Assembly: GCA_012026655.1 (NCBI GenBank)
Contig: JAAILG010001487.1
Location: 1-64,000 of the forward strand
DNA from: Hydrolagus affinis
Taxonomy: Eukaryota
Direction: 5' to 3'
DNA length: 64,000 nt
Position numbers and translations under genes: made by a program
Shown here: in pieces, positions 14,590 through 28,560 of the stretch
Layout of the letters: each line of letters opens with the position of its first letter
How positions within the stretch are numbered: the first letter of the stretch is position 1
The notes under the pieces: generated by a model
What the model saw: only the letters and a program-made list of their open reading frames with translations
The model's database searches: none
What the model was told of the DNA's origin: nothing

Positions 14590-15020
14590 GAGTTTGCTTT
14601 CTCCCCAACTCCACTATTCAAAAGGTCCAGCTTGTTCAGAACTCTGTCACCCACATACTGATCCAGACCGAACTCCGCACCTACATCTCATCAGTTCTGG
14701 CTCAGGCTCCACTGGCTACACATCTCCGAACCGATCGACTTCAAGATCCTCACGCTATTGTTCAAATCCCTTAGTTCTCTGGCACCTCCCTATATCTCCA
14801 ACCTCCTAACTCCCCAATCCACCACCCGGGACCTCCGCTCGGAGGCTGGCATCGACCTCCTGCTCGTCCCTCGCACCATCCGTCCACCAATGGAGGTCGC
14901 GCTTTCAGCCCCTATGCCCCGAAACTTTGGAACGCTCTCCCTCAAACCCTACTCCTTGCCCCCCTCTCTCTTGACAACCTTCTTATTCAACCGTGCTTAT
15001 GGCCACCTGGATTTAAACAC
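14590..15020 (+). mobile_element. L2-like LINE ORF2 3' fragment
   Basis: Degenerate LHWL...IDFKIL.LLFKSLSSLAPPYISNLL...LRS...LLVPR...KLWNALP. Confidence 0.8.
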
Positions 15021-15149
15021 TTAAACCAAGCTCTCCTGGGGTTTCTACCTCCCCACTCCACATCTGTGCTCACACACACTCACATACACATACACCCCCT
15101 TCAGCCGAGCTACCTGCAGAGCATGGAGGGGGCAATAGGTATGTGTTTT

Positions 15150-15440
15150 ACAACAACAACTTGAATTATAAAGCGTCCTCCACACTGGACGGCATCTCAG
15201 AGCGCTTCACCATAATGGATCCCGGGGCCGAGCCGGGGCGCAGAGGGAAAAAGGTGACCAAAAGCACAGTTGAAAAGAAAAGCCTTCAGCCGTGACCTGA
15301 AAATGGGAAAAGAGGGGGCAAAGGGAGTGAGGAAGGGAATTCTAGAGACTCGGGGCGTAATGGCTGAAGGCATGGCCGCCAAGAGTGGAATGGAGGATTC
15401 GTGGGACAAGGAGGAGAGCAGATCTGACAGTGTCAGAGCC
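15150..15440 (-). mobile_element. L2-like LINE 3' fragment
   Basis: FRSRLKAFLFN motif and (ttg)n tail on the minus strand. Confidence 0.65.
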
Positions 15441-17629
15441 GAACCTAAATGGTGCATTCAATAGATTCAAAAGTCTGTCCACTCTGGAAATCTGCTGTAG
15501 CTTCTGCACTAAGCAACCAGCATATCAGGAATTCTATTTACACCACATGATTTGCTGTGGGAAGTGAAAAATAAATACTATTGGAAATGGCTGAGATAAA
15601 GGAGGATTAGATAGAGATGCCAACAATAACAGATGACTCATGCTAGATGCTTGGAGCCCATGGTTACCATTTAGTTATCCTGAAGGCTAACCTACATTTA
15701 TGAAATGAGGGTAAACGGTACTTTTGATGGCATTTTACACATTAAACATTTGCAATTGAAATTCATCTGTGTGTAACTCATCTGTTCCTTGACCACAGTA
15801 ACATTTGTGATTATATACATTAGGAAATATACCAGACTGGAGATATCACATTGAGACCTTTGTTACAGAGAGGATCCTGAGCCCTTGGTGGGGGTGGAGG
15901 GAGAGAGTGGGGGAACAGAGTGGGGGGTGGGGGGGATGATTTTAAATTGCTGAGTTTAAAAACAAAAACACCTAATTGGTGCTAACTGCTACATCCCTGG
16001 ATATGTGTTTAGCTAATTTTTTACCCTCTTCCCTCTCAGGAGCTTTTTATGAAATCCCTTCTCCTATGGCTCTTCCTCATCATGTGTATTAATTCTTCTT
16101 TAATAATGTGTATTAAAGAAGGTGCTTTGGTCAGTGCCCTACATTGTTCCCCTCCTTTCTTCCCTGTTCGGGGGTCCCAGTGGTTCCCTGTGAAGTGCTT
16201 TGAGGTGTTCCTCCTACGTGAACTGCGCTGTGTAAGTGCACATTGTCACTGTAGAGCCTTCCTCAGAGAGGAGTGCCTGGGGAGTGTGAGCAGTGTAAAT
16301 CTGGTGGAATGCAACGGACTGTGAAATCCCTGCTTTGATGTAAAAGGTGATCCTCAGTCTAACAACCGACCACCAACGCTTAGATACACAGCAGATCTGC
16401 TTTGAGATAATTCCTTTAGATCTGTGCCACACCAGTGGCATCTTCTGCTGCTGTTGCAAAACAAATTGAAAGCAGCTTTACAGCAGAGCCCCGCACGCTC
16501 CACATTAAACTGTTTTTATAGCTCACAATAACTTGAGGTTGATCTGGAGCTAAGTACTTTCCTCTGGAGTTGCCTTATTAAATGCGTCTTTTTTGAAAGA
16601 AAAAGCAGCATTGCGCTCTGCTAGTTGAATCACAGTTTGCTGGCTTCAATCTGCCTGATTTTTTTTATTTAATGAGGAACGTGTGGCTTTCCACAGTTGC
16701 TGGGGAGCGAGCATTGCGAAATGCGACCCTCAAACAGAACCCAAACTGACTTTGGAGTTCAATTGAGTCCTTGTTGGTCAATGGTTTGAAAGTCTTGCTG
16801 ACTTTTTGGCCAGGAAACTTCCACCCCAAGCAAAATGTTTGCGCAAAATTTGTCTGCCGCACTCCTCCGAAAATACATTCCCTACACTTGACAGTGAAAT
16901 CCTGTGGAGGGCTTTGTGACATTTTGATGACTTGGTCGTGCACAATATCAAACACTCGGATTATCAATGGATAGAAGTTGCTGGGAAATAGATATTTATA
17001 TATTACAAGGCTTCTGAGGGAGGATGCGCTGCTGTTTATCTCTGGATATAGTTGACACGTTGCTCTTGATTTTAATTTAACATTTGATTTAGTTGCTACC
17101 GATCAGAACAGGATTCCGATATCAGAACAGGGAGCTGTGGCTCAGTGCGTGCTTCATTTCCCTGAATGCCGAAAATAGTAAAGAAAATGTAATTATTACA
17201 ATAGAATGAACTTTCCAACAAGTCACTCTGTTGTCTATAATATTGAATGCTGCTAACCACCTGCTCAGCACTATCTAGTACCTTGTTGTGTCTATCAGTG
17301 CCAAGACTTGCGGCCAATCGCCTGATGTGAAAGGCGCTCTATAAATGTCATTTTGTTGTTGAGACGTCGATAAGATGTGAAAAGCGCTATATCAAATGCA
17401 AGGATGCAAAGCAGATCTTTCAACACCTGGAGTTGAATCTGGGTCTGTCATAGGCACACTTGCATCAAAACCCAAATTATCTGAGTGCAAGGCTGGTTTA
17501 CTATGTACTGTACAGTGCTTATTCCAGAACCAGACTCTGATATGATAGTATCTTACAACTGCATTAAGTCGCGCTGAGTTAACCGATTTAAAAGGAAGTT
17601 TAGGTGCGAACGTGGGACTCGGCTGGCTG

Positions 17630-17830
17630 AAACAGTGGTTGAAGCAGAAAGCATCAATGTGTTTAAGACGAGACTTGATACAAACCAAAGAGAGAAGGGA
17701 ATGGTGGGGTGTGAGAGAAGACCAGGGAGAGGGGGGGGTTTAAGATGGGTGGAGGTTCAAAGAATATAAACCATGGCACGGATTAGCTGGGGCGAATAGT
17801 CAAGTTCAGTGATGTAGATTTTGTATAATT
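17630..17830 (+). mobile_element. CR1 LINE 3' fragment
   Basis: VVEAESINVFKTRLD-like segment followed by a degenerate 3' UTR. Confidence 0.55.
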
Positions 17831-18639
17831 GGCTTGTTTAAGGGACGAGAGAGCACGCGCTAGCCTTGAGCAAGCCACACAGTCCGAGGGCGTTTCTGTA
17901 TGGGTGCTGTGTGGTTTCAAGTCCAGCTCGTTTCCCAACTGCTGGCAGTCCAGGGAGGAAAAAATGATTTCATGACTTTGGGTCAGATTGGAATCACATC
18001 AGACTAGTCTCAATTCTGTCTTCATTAAGGACTCCGAGCCTAACAACTGTGTGTTTTAATGGAAAGTAAACGCATGATGCAATGTTTTTTAAGGAGAAAA
18101 ACCCCAAAGTGCCAGCACCTCATTAGTTGAGATTGTGTGTAAACATGTAATGTTTTCATACTGGCGTGTGTTAGGCTCCACAACCCCTGCAATTACTGTA
18201 CGATTGTTAGGGAAAGATTGCTGTTATGGCTGTGACAGTGGAATCAAATGTTAGTGCGTGAACGTCCATAGAGTTGCATTCGGCGTGGAAACAGGCCGTT
18301 TGGTCCACTTAGTCCGTGTTTATACTCCACACAAATTCCTATCCCGACTGTTATTTCTCTCCTATATACCTCTGCTCCTAGTTGGACAAGCATCAGGAAA
18401 ACTTGCTAAACAGTATTATCAATGGCAAGTTATGTGGTTTTAGCTGGTTAGGTTCCAGCAGGTACCCCCAATGCACTCTCTGGAATACCCAAGCTTTGGC
18501 TGTTGCCAACCTGTAGCTAATGCTAACTAGTTTTACACTATCAAGGTGCTTTATGTATTGTTGTGTGTCAGGGTGGGGATGGATGTGGGTGAGAGGCACC
18601 TTCTGATTTTGACTAATGAATAAATTCTTTCTCATTCAG

Positions 18640-18704
18640 CAAAGGGAGAAGGCCAACTCTCATCCTCCGGACGCAGCTCTCTGTAAGGGTCCATTCCATT
18701 ATTG
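18640..18704 (+). CDS. FHOD1: FHOD1 coding exon 3 (KGRRPTLILRTQLSVRVHSII)
   Basis: ttcag acceptor, gtaagt donor; 65 nt. Contains the conserved FHOD motif ILRTQLSVRV. Completes the split codon gg+c. Confidence 0.95.
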
Positions 18705-18971
18705 GTAAGTGAAATGTTCATTGTGGAGCTTGTCAAAGGTTGTTGAACGTTTTAGTGATGCAGAGAATGGAAGTAAGCCGTTCGGCCCATCAAGTCCCCT
18801 AACACGCCATTGGCCCCCTTAAGCCATTGTACTAGAGTCTTTCAAATGAGATGTTAAACCGAGGCAATGATGCATCAGAATTTCCTTTGAGTCTGTATTG
18901 TACTCGTCATTTCCTTAGTCATTGCCTCTTATATACACTACCTCCTTAAGGTAGCCTATGTTGACGTATAT

Positions 18972-19230
18972 TAATAATAATCTTTGCATTTGACATAACG
19001 CTTTTCACGTCTTCTAGATGTCTCAAAGTGCTTCACAAAATATACGGTAAAGTGAATTGACTGTTTATTTGTGGGCAAAATGCGACAGCAGTGTCATGGA
19101 TTGAAATGACCAATTTTTATTATTGTGGTTTTTTTTGGAGGAATTATTATTAGGCACGTGGAGTAAGGAAACTTGCCCAAGTTTTCACCCTGACCTGCTT
19201 GGATTCGAACACAGGTCTCACGCTTGTAAA
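18972..19230 (-). mobile_element. 5'-truncated tRNA-derived SINE (short family)
   Basis: Tail and body intact; A box missing. Confidence 0.8.
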
Positions 19231-20406
19231 TGATTATCATTATATTAAGGCTGAATAACCCTAGTTGGTTAATACTCCTCATAGCATAACTTCCTAACAC
19301 TGCCTCTAGGTATCTAGATCCCCCCCCTCTCCCCCATTACTTAATAGCGATCCTGAACTGTATATATTACTCCAGGTGTGGCCTACCAGAACACAATGCA
19401 ACCCAACAATGATCTCCGAGAATTTGAAGGTTAATTCACTCGGTAATGTAGCCCAGCATCCTGTTTACCTTCCTTTATTGGCTTTCCCATTATTTGGACA
19501 CATCAAATATGTATATACAAACGTGTCAACTCGCATCCTTTGGTCTCTTTCAATCTCCTTCCTGGCAAGTTACGTTACAAATATTACTAAGATTACATGG
19601 CAATGCATATGAAAAGTCTTGACAACCTAGGAAGAGGAGTAGGCCATTCAGCCCATTGAGCCTGTTATTAGATCATGGTTGATCTGTACCTCAGCTCCAT
19701 TTCCCTTGATACCCTTAACACTGCCCCTGCTCTTGGCACTTCAACAAAACCTCAGGAGCATCTTGATGCCAATAGGAATTACGACCAGCTGTTGCAGGAG
19801 TCATCAGAACAAAAATAGCTCAATTCAATAATTACTTTAGGACAATGCAACATAATGTTTATACAAACACCAGCTACCCTGTAACTGCAGGTCAACTGAC
19901 ATAGCTTCTGACTGATTGGGGCTATTTTGGTTGTCTCCTTTCGCCGGATGTAATGACCCATTGTTCTCATTCTTTCAGATAGCAGACAACATCAAATGAT
20001 TACATGAGTGTGGGATGCACTGACCAAGGGGATTATAGAGAATCAACTGGGACATTTTAAAAGGCAGTTTAATACTGTACCTGGGAAGTGAAGGTGCTGA
20101 CGATTCTGGAGAAGAGGCAGGGAGATGAGATTGGAAAGATAAAGGGCTGCCACTAGTTTATAGTTACTGTTGATATTGTGCCTATGATTTCAAAAGCACA
20201 TTTCAAAGTACTTCACGGGATTTACTGTAAAGTGCAGTGAGCATCGATTTGTAGGAAACGGAGCAGCCAATTTGCGCAATCCAATGCCCCACGAACAGCT
20301 ATGAAACTTTCTTGAAATATAGGAATGGGATCTTGAAACGTCCACTTGAATGCCAAGCGATGTATTTGTCAGGAAAAGCACTGGAAGCCACCGCACTCCA
20401 CCATGT

Positions 20407-20735
20407 GGAGCTCCTGTAGCTCAGTGGTTAGAGCACTCACCTTACAAGTGTGAGACCTGTGTTCGAATCCAGCCAGATCAGGGCAGAACCTTGGGCAAGT
20501 TTCCTTACTCCACACGCCTAATAATAATCCATCCAAAGAAACCCACAACAATTAAAATTGATCATTTTCCATCCATCCACAATTGTTCGTGGGACACTAT
20601 TGTACGCAATTGGCTGCCACATTTCACCCATAAATATACAGTCTAATCACTTAACAGTATACTCTGTGAAGCGCTTCGAGACGTCGATAAGATGTGAAAA
20701 GCCCTATATCAAATGTAAGGATTATTATTATTATT
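20407..20735 (+). mobile_element. Full-length young tRNA-derived SINE (short family, ~320 bp, Deu-like 3' core, L2-like tail)
   Basis: A box tagctcagtggt, B box gttcgaatcc, core gtgggacact...gcaattggctgcc, (att)n tail. Many similar copies in the window. Confidence 0.88.
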
Positions 20736-23444
20736 TTACATTGAGAAAAACTGCTCAGTGCTGAAACGGAGAAGATGGTTGGGTTGGTTTTGTGGAGGGT
20801 CGAGATCAAACACTTAGGGAACCTTTTCCATCGGTGCCTTCCACGTGGCTTTGTGTTTGTTCTCAGTGATTCTGTTTTTCCATTTGCCAAGATTAGCTCC
20901 CCACGGCCCTGGCTTGTATTTCCTCGCATCCGCAAAGCTCTGCTGGATTCTGCCTTTCCCTGGTGGCCAGAGATGGAACCCATTCCCAAGATACCATTTC
21001 AGCTCTGTAACCAGTTTATTACTGAAGGCTATAAAAGCAAGTATTAAAGTTCAATGAGTCAAGATGTAACTGGAGCCGAGGCCTTTTAAACTGACGGTAA
21101 TTCCAGCTCTGAAACCTGCAGCCGAGGACGGTGTAGAATTGAACTGTCTATTTAATCGGCATGTGTAACCCTCCCAATATACAGTGTACCTGGATTCAGA
21201 AAAATCCCCAAATGAAGATTCATGTTGACTGGAGGTTTCCCTTTGTTTAATCCACTTACGTTGCAATTTTCTAAGGTGAAGAGATGTGAAATTGTGAAGA
21301 GGGACAGTGCTCTTAGATGAGGCATTGGCGGCTTCACCTCTGCGTGTAGTGAAGGTCTGTGTGGAGCCTTACAGGTTAGTGCTTGGGCTCAGGAGATGGT
21401 TGTGCTGGAAGCTGGATCAGTATTTCCTCTTCAGTTTCCTCCTTTCCTTCCGAAAGTAAAATTTTCGCAGGAGACTTAATTGAAACTTAAATTTTAAGTT
21501 TGCAAACTTTGGGACAAATAATTGTCAACAAATTCTGTTAGCTTGACTGGCTTTCGGATTGCATTTGTGGGGTATGAAGCTTACAGTATCTTCTAAATAT
21601 AGAAGGGCTTTTATTAAGTGTACTTGTCTGGTTTCGAATATTCTGTTTTAAATGCTTTGTTAGTCAGGGTTGCCAAAGCATTTGTCTGCTTCTCGTGTCA
21701 ATACAGTGTCAAGTTATTTCTGTTTTAAGATCAAGGGAAAAGTTTTCAACATCCAGGAGTCTAATGTGCATGTACTTCTAACCGCATTTAAGAAACTGGG
21801 ATCAAGTCACGCCAACTTATGGGAACTGTGCTCTAAAGTGATCAAATTTCACAGTAGAGTTCCTGCTGGTTGGTGTGTGATCCAGTTCAGCTACAAAATG
21901 CAGTCACTACACTGCACAGTAAATCCTGTGACATCCTCCCGACCCTGAAAGGCTCTTGAACAATTGCGAGGATTATTATTAGTTCTGGTTATCAGGAGTA
22001 CTGTATATCCCACTTGGTTTCCACTCTATTTCCGTGAGAACTCGTAACGTATCGGAGCCCTTTAAAGCGCTGTAGGGGTTTAATTTAGTAGGGTTTGGCC
22101 AAACTATGTGATCACAGGTATGAATGGAGTTTGTGTCGTGACAATAGTTGTTGTGCACTTTTGCTTGTCCATTCAATCCTTGTCAGTCTTGCTTTTAATT
22201 TAACCTTTCTGTGTTTTTAGGAAGGGGTACGGAAGAGACTTCTGCCTAGAGCTATATCATTCTCTCATGTGATCTAAAGACTATTCACGCCAAAGTAAAG
22301 AGTGTAACAATCTTTGCATTTGATGCGGCGCATTTCATGTCAGAAGGTCACCTAAACGTAGGATTCCCCGTGAAGTGGAGTTACTGTGTGTTTTGTTGGC
22401 AAACGCAACAGTCGATTAATGCTCAGCAACGTCCCACAACAGCTACAAAGTGAACAATCAGTTTTGTATGGTGGGAGGTAGTGGGGGGTGGTGGGAGGAA
22501 ATATTGTTGGCCAGGAAATTGGGAGAATGTTTTAGTGGACATAGTTTCCAATTTCCACTTCAACACATCCCTCCTGTACTTTAAGAAATGCACAGAAATA
22601 TCCCACAATGAAAATGTAAAACAGCCCACTCAGCACACATCAATTTGGAAACTGTATGTTTTGTATAGTTATGAAAACTGGAGCAAATTGAGGCTTTTGA
22701 CGAGCACGGGGAAAGTAACTCCTTGCTATTGGATGTCGTGGGCTGAATGACCACCTTCTGTGCTCTTTACAGCTACAACAACGACAACTTGCATTTAGTT
22801 AGCACCCCACACACACAGGATAGCGTCCCACAGCTCTCGACAGTGGCGGAGCACAACTCCGAGCTGGGGGGAGGGGAAGGTGACCGTAAGCATGGTCGAA
22901 GACGAAGGTCTTCAGGTGTGACCTGAAAATGAGGAAGGAATGGGCAAGGCTTAGGGATAGAGGAAGAGTGTTCCAGCGTTTGGATTGGATGCTACCGTTT
23001 GGATGCTAGATTGGCTGCTTCCCAATTGCTGCTCCCTCAAAGCTTGGCTTGAGATGTTCAAGTGAAAAAAATACATTATGGTTTTGGGATAATGCCCTCT
23101 CTCAGAAGGTGGTTTGGGGAGTGGTGGGGGTGGGGGGGAAGAGGATTTTGTAAATAAATGCACAACATATTGTGGCATGAAAGAACAGCTAACCGAAAAT
23201 ATGCTCGTGGGATAGAAGCTATTTTTATTTGCTGACCTTCGCAGTTTAAAATTACCAGACTCACGTTGCCAGCATCTCTATAGGAGGCTCCTTGCCGTGG
23301 CCATGACTGACTGAAACACTGGATTTTGTAGAAGTGCAGCGATGCATTTACAGTGTAGAAAGAGGCTGTTCAGCCCATCGAATCTGTGCTGCTGACACTT
23401 TTTTTCTTTGTGTTGTGTATCCCATTTTCCAGTTGGTTCCCCTT

Positions 23445-23680
23445 CTGCCCCCAACCTCTGGAACTTCATCCCGCAGTCCCTCAGCCTCACCCTCTCCCTG
23501 GCCTCCTTCAAGTCCCGCCTGAAAACTCTCCTCTTCGATGGTCCCATTGGCAACCCCTAATCCACCCCCTTCCCTCCCCACCCCGTCCCCAGCTCGGTCT
23601 GACACAGTGACTGTCCAGCGCATTGGGACGTCCTCCTGACGTGAAAGGTGCCATACAAGTGTAAATTTGTTGTTGTTGTT
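23445..23680 (+). mobile_element. L2-like LINE 3' end
   Basis: ctctggaac...ttcaagtcccgcctgaaaactctcctcttcgat, then the shared tail and (ttg)n. Confidence 0.7.
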
Positions 23681-25936
23681 CTCCTCCTCCCAACCAATTG
23701 TGACAATGAATTCCAAATCCCAATGACACTCAATGAACATGTTCCTTCCAACCTTTTTTACCCCGACTCCCAATGTTTCTTCGAATAAAACCAGGCCAAA
23801 GCCCGCTTGTCATAAATTCCTCAGTTAAACATGACCTTTGCCATATTGCCCCTACACCCCCTCTCAACTTTTTCTGCTCCCCCACCTCACTCCAACCTTC
23901 TCAGCTCCATTGAATGAAGTATCAATTTGCCCAGTCTCATCATACGTATATGCAGAGAACTTATTTGATACAGGAGACACAGCTGTCTACGTTGATGCTT
24001 TGTTATATATTTTAATACAGAGGAAGATGATTTAATCGTCTTTTGTGGGTGCAGATCCTTACATTTTGTTTATCATGGAGGGCTGCATGCCTTATGGGAG
24101 GATGATGGCTGGGGACATGCGTTTATACCGCGCCTTTAATTCTCCTGCAGTGGGACAGTAAATGGTACACTGATGGTCATAGGAAATAACAAGTATTCCA
24201 CTGTAGCCATTAAAGCCCAAACAGACTATTCCCTGGGAAACTGGTTTGAGATTAAAGACGCTTTGTTGATAAACAAGGACGTTCTATTCAAAGTTATCAA
24301 TTATAATGGGCTCGACAATGTAACCCAGGTCTTTATTTCAATAGAGATATCTTTGTGTTCCTCTTCTTGTGAGGATCATATGAGGGTTTGTTGTGTAAAA
24401 ACAAAATATTGGCAAGCTAAGCTTTTGTCAGCCTTTAGCTCTTTTCAGGACTCCAAGCAGCTGAGATTATGGATCAAAGGCTGTTTGCAAACCGAGGTGC
24501 ACAACGGCATCTGGAAAAGATTTGGGACCAAATATTTTCAAACCTTATTGGGAAAATTCGTGAAATCATGAATCAAGATGGACAATTTACAGCTCAGGGG
24601 AAGCTTGGATTCCTCACCCAGTTACTGAAGATGTGTAAGCAGCCAATTGCCTACAAAATCCCCAATCTTTACATTTTACAATAGATGGAGACATTGGTAG
24701 AATTCATTGCTATCAACAATCAATCAATACTTACATTTATATAGAGCCTTTCACGTCGAGAGGATGTCCCAAGGTGCTGTACAGTTAGATAGGGACAAAA
24801 GCAAGGGGGAGGGATCGGTCGGGGCATGATGAAGAAAAATAGGAAAATTGACTGTCGAAACGCAGCAGCCAAGCAGCTCCATTATTGTAGCATGTTACTA
24901 CCAGGATGGTAATAATAATATAATAATAATCCTTATATTTGCTGTCGTGCCTTATCATGTCGTTGATGTGTCCCTCAAAACGTTTCACAGAATATGGAAT
25001 ATTCATGGAAAATGAATGGACTGCTTTGTGGACGAAACGTGGCAACTAATTGCACACATCAATGTCCCAGAAACAGCCCTTTGAGCTTGTACTTGATTTA
25101 ATTTGCTAATTTAATATCTGGCAGAAGTGAACGGAACTTGATGGAAACGTCAAACTGAAATCAGGACAAGAATGTAGAAGAATTCAACTCAGCTTTGATA
25201 ACATGACGCAAGTGACCAATTTTATTGAGGGGATTTATCGGCCAGGACACTGGGAGAAACTTCATTCTCTTTTAGAATAGTGCCGTGGGATCTTTAACGT
25301 TCACTTGAACAGGTAGTCGGGACCGACGATACATAGTCATGGATTGAGTGACTTTTTTGTGGGTGGAGGGGAGAGATTATTACCCCCAGAAAGTGATTCA
25401 CCAATCAACTAACAACTGCGATCCTACTCACTAGATGAACTGGATGGCTCTAGGTCTTTTTCTATTCTAGCAATTCCCATGTTCCTACTTTACACAAAGT
25501 CTGAAGTGCTTTGAGGCACTGTTGTATCAAATGTAGTGATTATTAAGATGCCTGTAACTTGGCTGACATTTCTTGTTCGCTTCCCTGCCCCCTTATATTG
25601 GGCTGATCATTGCATAATCTTTTTCCCAGTCCAGTGATAGGATTCCTTCTTCCAAAGAGCACTGGATCATTTTTTGTTTCCAATAGTTATGTTTTGGATG
25701 CTTTTCAGGCCCTGGTGAGTTCAAGCTAAACTTGTTACTCATTGACTGTGTGTACAACAGGACGCGTTAACGCAATTAGACCCAATCCAATTCATTTCCT
25801 GTGATTCCCGTTCCTCTGCCACGCTCTGCATCCCTCTGAGCTCGTGCTTGATTTCATTTGCTAATTCAATATCTGGCAGAAGTGGATGAAACTTCATGGA
25901 ATCGTCAAACTAAAATCAGGACAAAAATGTAGAAGA

Positions 25937-26290
25937 GTCAGAAGTTTGTGGGTTCAAATCCCATGCCGGGACTTGAAATCAAATTGTCCAAGTTGACACT
26001 CCCTTGCAGTGCTGGGGTGTTGCATTGTTGGAGATGAGACATTAAATCGAGGTCCCATCTGCTTGTTTGACTGGACATTAAAGATCCCATGGCACGACTC
26101 GCAAAGAGAATGGAGTTTCTCTCTCCCGGTGTCCTCGCCAACAGTTTGTGTGACATTGCTATGCGCAAACTGGCTGCCATGTTTGCCCACCAAATGCAGT
26201 CAAAACCACTTTACAGTGTCCAAACCTTGATAAAGCTCTATGTCCTGATTTTTGTCCTGATTTCAGTGCAAGGATTATAATATTACTATC
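25937..26290 (+). mobile_element. Long-form Deu-domain tRNA SINE (5'-truncated)
   Basis: B box gggttcaaatccc; core gatgagacattaaatcgaggtcccatctg...ttaaagatcccatggcac. Confidence 0.75.
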
Positions 26291-27114
26291 AACCACAACG
26301 ACAAAATTACATTTGTGTAGCGTCTTTCACGTCGGGAGGACATCGCAAGGCGCTGGAACCTAAACTGTTCCCCATTGAATTACTCAGTACAGAGTGTCGG
26401 CCGGGTGCCTTGGCCAGTGGGTGATTCTCGGGTATGTGTGTGCCTGCCCATGGTGCTTTCACAGCTGATCGATGTGGCTACTGACTGGCAGTGAGTGCGA
26501 TTCTCTCAGTTGCTGCACATTTAGAGTTGGAGTATGAGGAAGGCATCACACGTGGGAACGCAGCTGGGTGTCTGTACACTAGTCTCTGCTTGTTATTACA
26601 GAATTACAAAGGCTTCTTTAATGCTTCCCTGTGCCCTTCGACAGCCAAACACTGGCTCTAGGTGCAGAGTTAAGACTCTCACTCCGGATGGCGACTGGTA
26701 GGAGGGAGTTTCTCCAGGTTTCCTGGCCAACAATTCCCCAAACTGGTTGTTCACTTCACAGCTGTTCATGGGATGTTGCTCAGCACAAATTGGCTGCTGC
26801 ATTCAGCTACAAAATACATAGACAATACATTTCAGAGTAAATCCTGGAAGCACTTTGAGATCTCCCCTGACATAAAAGGCACTGCATAAGATTTAAGGAT
26901 TGTTTATTTAGCTGCTGCCTAGACATGTGAGAGATATGTTTCGCCCACAAAATATACAATATACTGTACAGGCAATTCACTGTACAATATATTCTGTGAA
27001 GCACTTTGAGACTTCTCAAAGGCGTGATAAGGTACTCTGTCAAATGCAAAGATCATTATCATTACTATCAAGAAACTTCTTTCTACAGCCTTTTCTATAT
27101 CTAGGCGTGAATGA

Positions 27115-27530
27115 AATAATAATTATTCTTGCATTTGATACAGCACCTTATCTCAAAGCGTTTCAAAGGATATCCTGTAAAGTGGATTGACTGTTTATTT
27201 CATGCGCGAAATGTGACAGCCTCTTACGCATTGCAATGTCACGCAAACAGCCATGCACCTAGTGACCAACTGTTTGGAGGTGATTATTGGCAAGGACACC
27301 TGCGGAAACTCACTTCTCTTTTTGAGTTGTGCCATAGGATCTTTAACATCCACCTGAACAGGTGGTTGGGACCTTAGTTTAACGTCTCATCTGAAGGACG
27401 GCACCTCCAACAATGAAACCCACCCCCAGCACTGCATGGAAGTGTCATCTTGGACTAATAAGTGGGTTCGAGTTCCGACATGGGATTTGAACCCACAACC
27501 TCTCTGAGTCGGAGCTAAGAGGCCTACCAT
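27115..27530 (-). mobile_element. Long-form Deu-domain tRNA SINE
   Basis: Reverse complement of the same core and tRNA head. Confidence 0.78.
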
Positions 27531-28560
27531 TTCCTTATTAAAAGTTGGCATTTAGTATTCAAAAGAAACTTGTTTTTTGTTTTGCACCTTTTGTTAAAGG
27601 AGTGAGTTTGGGCTGATTTTCAGCAGACAAGGAGAGTACAGTACTGTACTAATAATTCCATATGTTGTGTTCCTCACGAGTGCCAGAAACTGAAGGATTG
27701 ACTGGATCTGGGCTGTAAAACCAGCCATGTCACCGCTATTTGCATGTCTCCAGTTTCCAGATGGCTGGCCGCTAATTAATTCTTATTGCCTGCGTAATGT
27801 GAAACGACCAAATGGTGTAGAAGCATTATAGTATAGCGATTGGGGTGATTACGCCACATTCCTTCCCCTTGGCTTACAACTCCTGTGTGTACAGCAGGAA
27901 AAGGGGAGTGTATGTTTTGTGGAATTTGGCAACAACACTTCCGTAATAACTGAGCCTGACTGTGGAGAATGCTGCTTACAGATTCGAAAGCTGCAACTGG
28001 AGGGCTATTTGTTTTGGGGGGGTGGGGGGAAGATTGTGGTTACATTAGTTGGATAGGATTTTTGTGCAACTTTACAATAAAGTGCATGGCTGCATCTAAG
28101 AAGTTTAGGATCGTAGCAATTTACAGCGCAGAATGGCCATTCGACCCATCGGGTCTGCACAGAAGAGTTTGGAGAAGTCAATACCACTGACCCGCCATTT
28201 CTATCCCCAAACCCCTTCATGCCTCTAACTTTCACGTTTGCTTCCCTCTTGAAACCTAAGCCTTGGGATGTCCTCCCGACGTTAAAAAGGCTGCATAAAT
28301 GTAATCATGTGGTGCTGGTGTTGTTGAAACGCCCGAGGCAGCTATAGGAACACTGCCTCAAGTAGACTTATTGAGTATTTCAATGATACAGTATTTCATT
28401 GGTAGACTACCAGAGTCACACCCACCTTGCCTTGGCTTTTCTTTCATTGTTTTGATGTCAGTGTCTTGGGACGTCCTCCCGACGTGAAAGACCTACAGAT
28501 GTAATTTTGTTGTTATTGTATTGTTATTTTGGCATTCAGATTAAAATCCAGTCTTGTTTA

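Noticed and set aside
20407-20480. tRNA-like sequences at SINE heads (also ~40131, ~42068, ~59862 and others)
   Set aside because: No proper acceptor stem, and they continue into SINE bodies; not tRNA genes.
24173-24571. 132-aa ATG ORF in intron 3
   Set aside because: No recognisable homology or gene structure.
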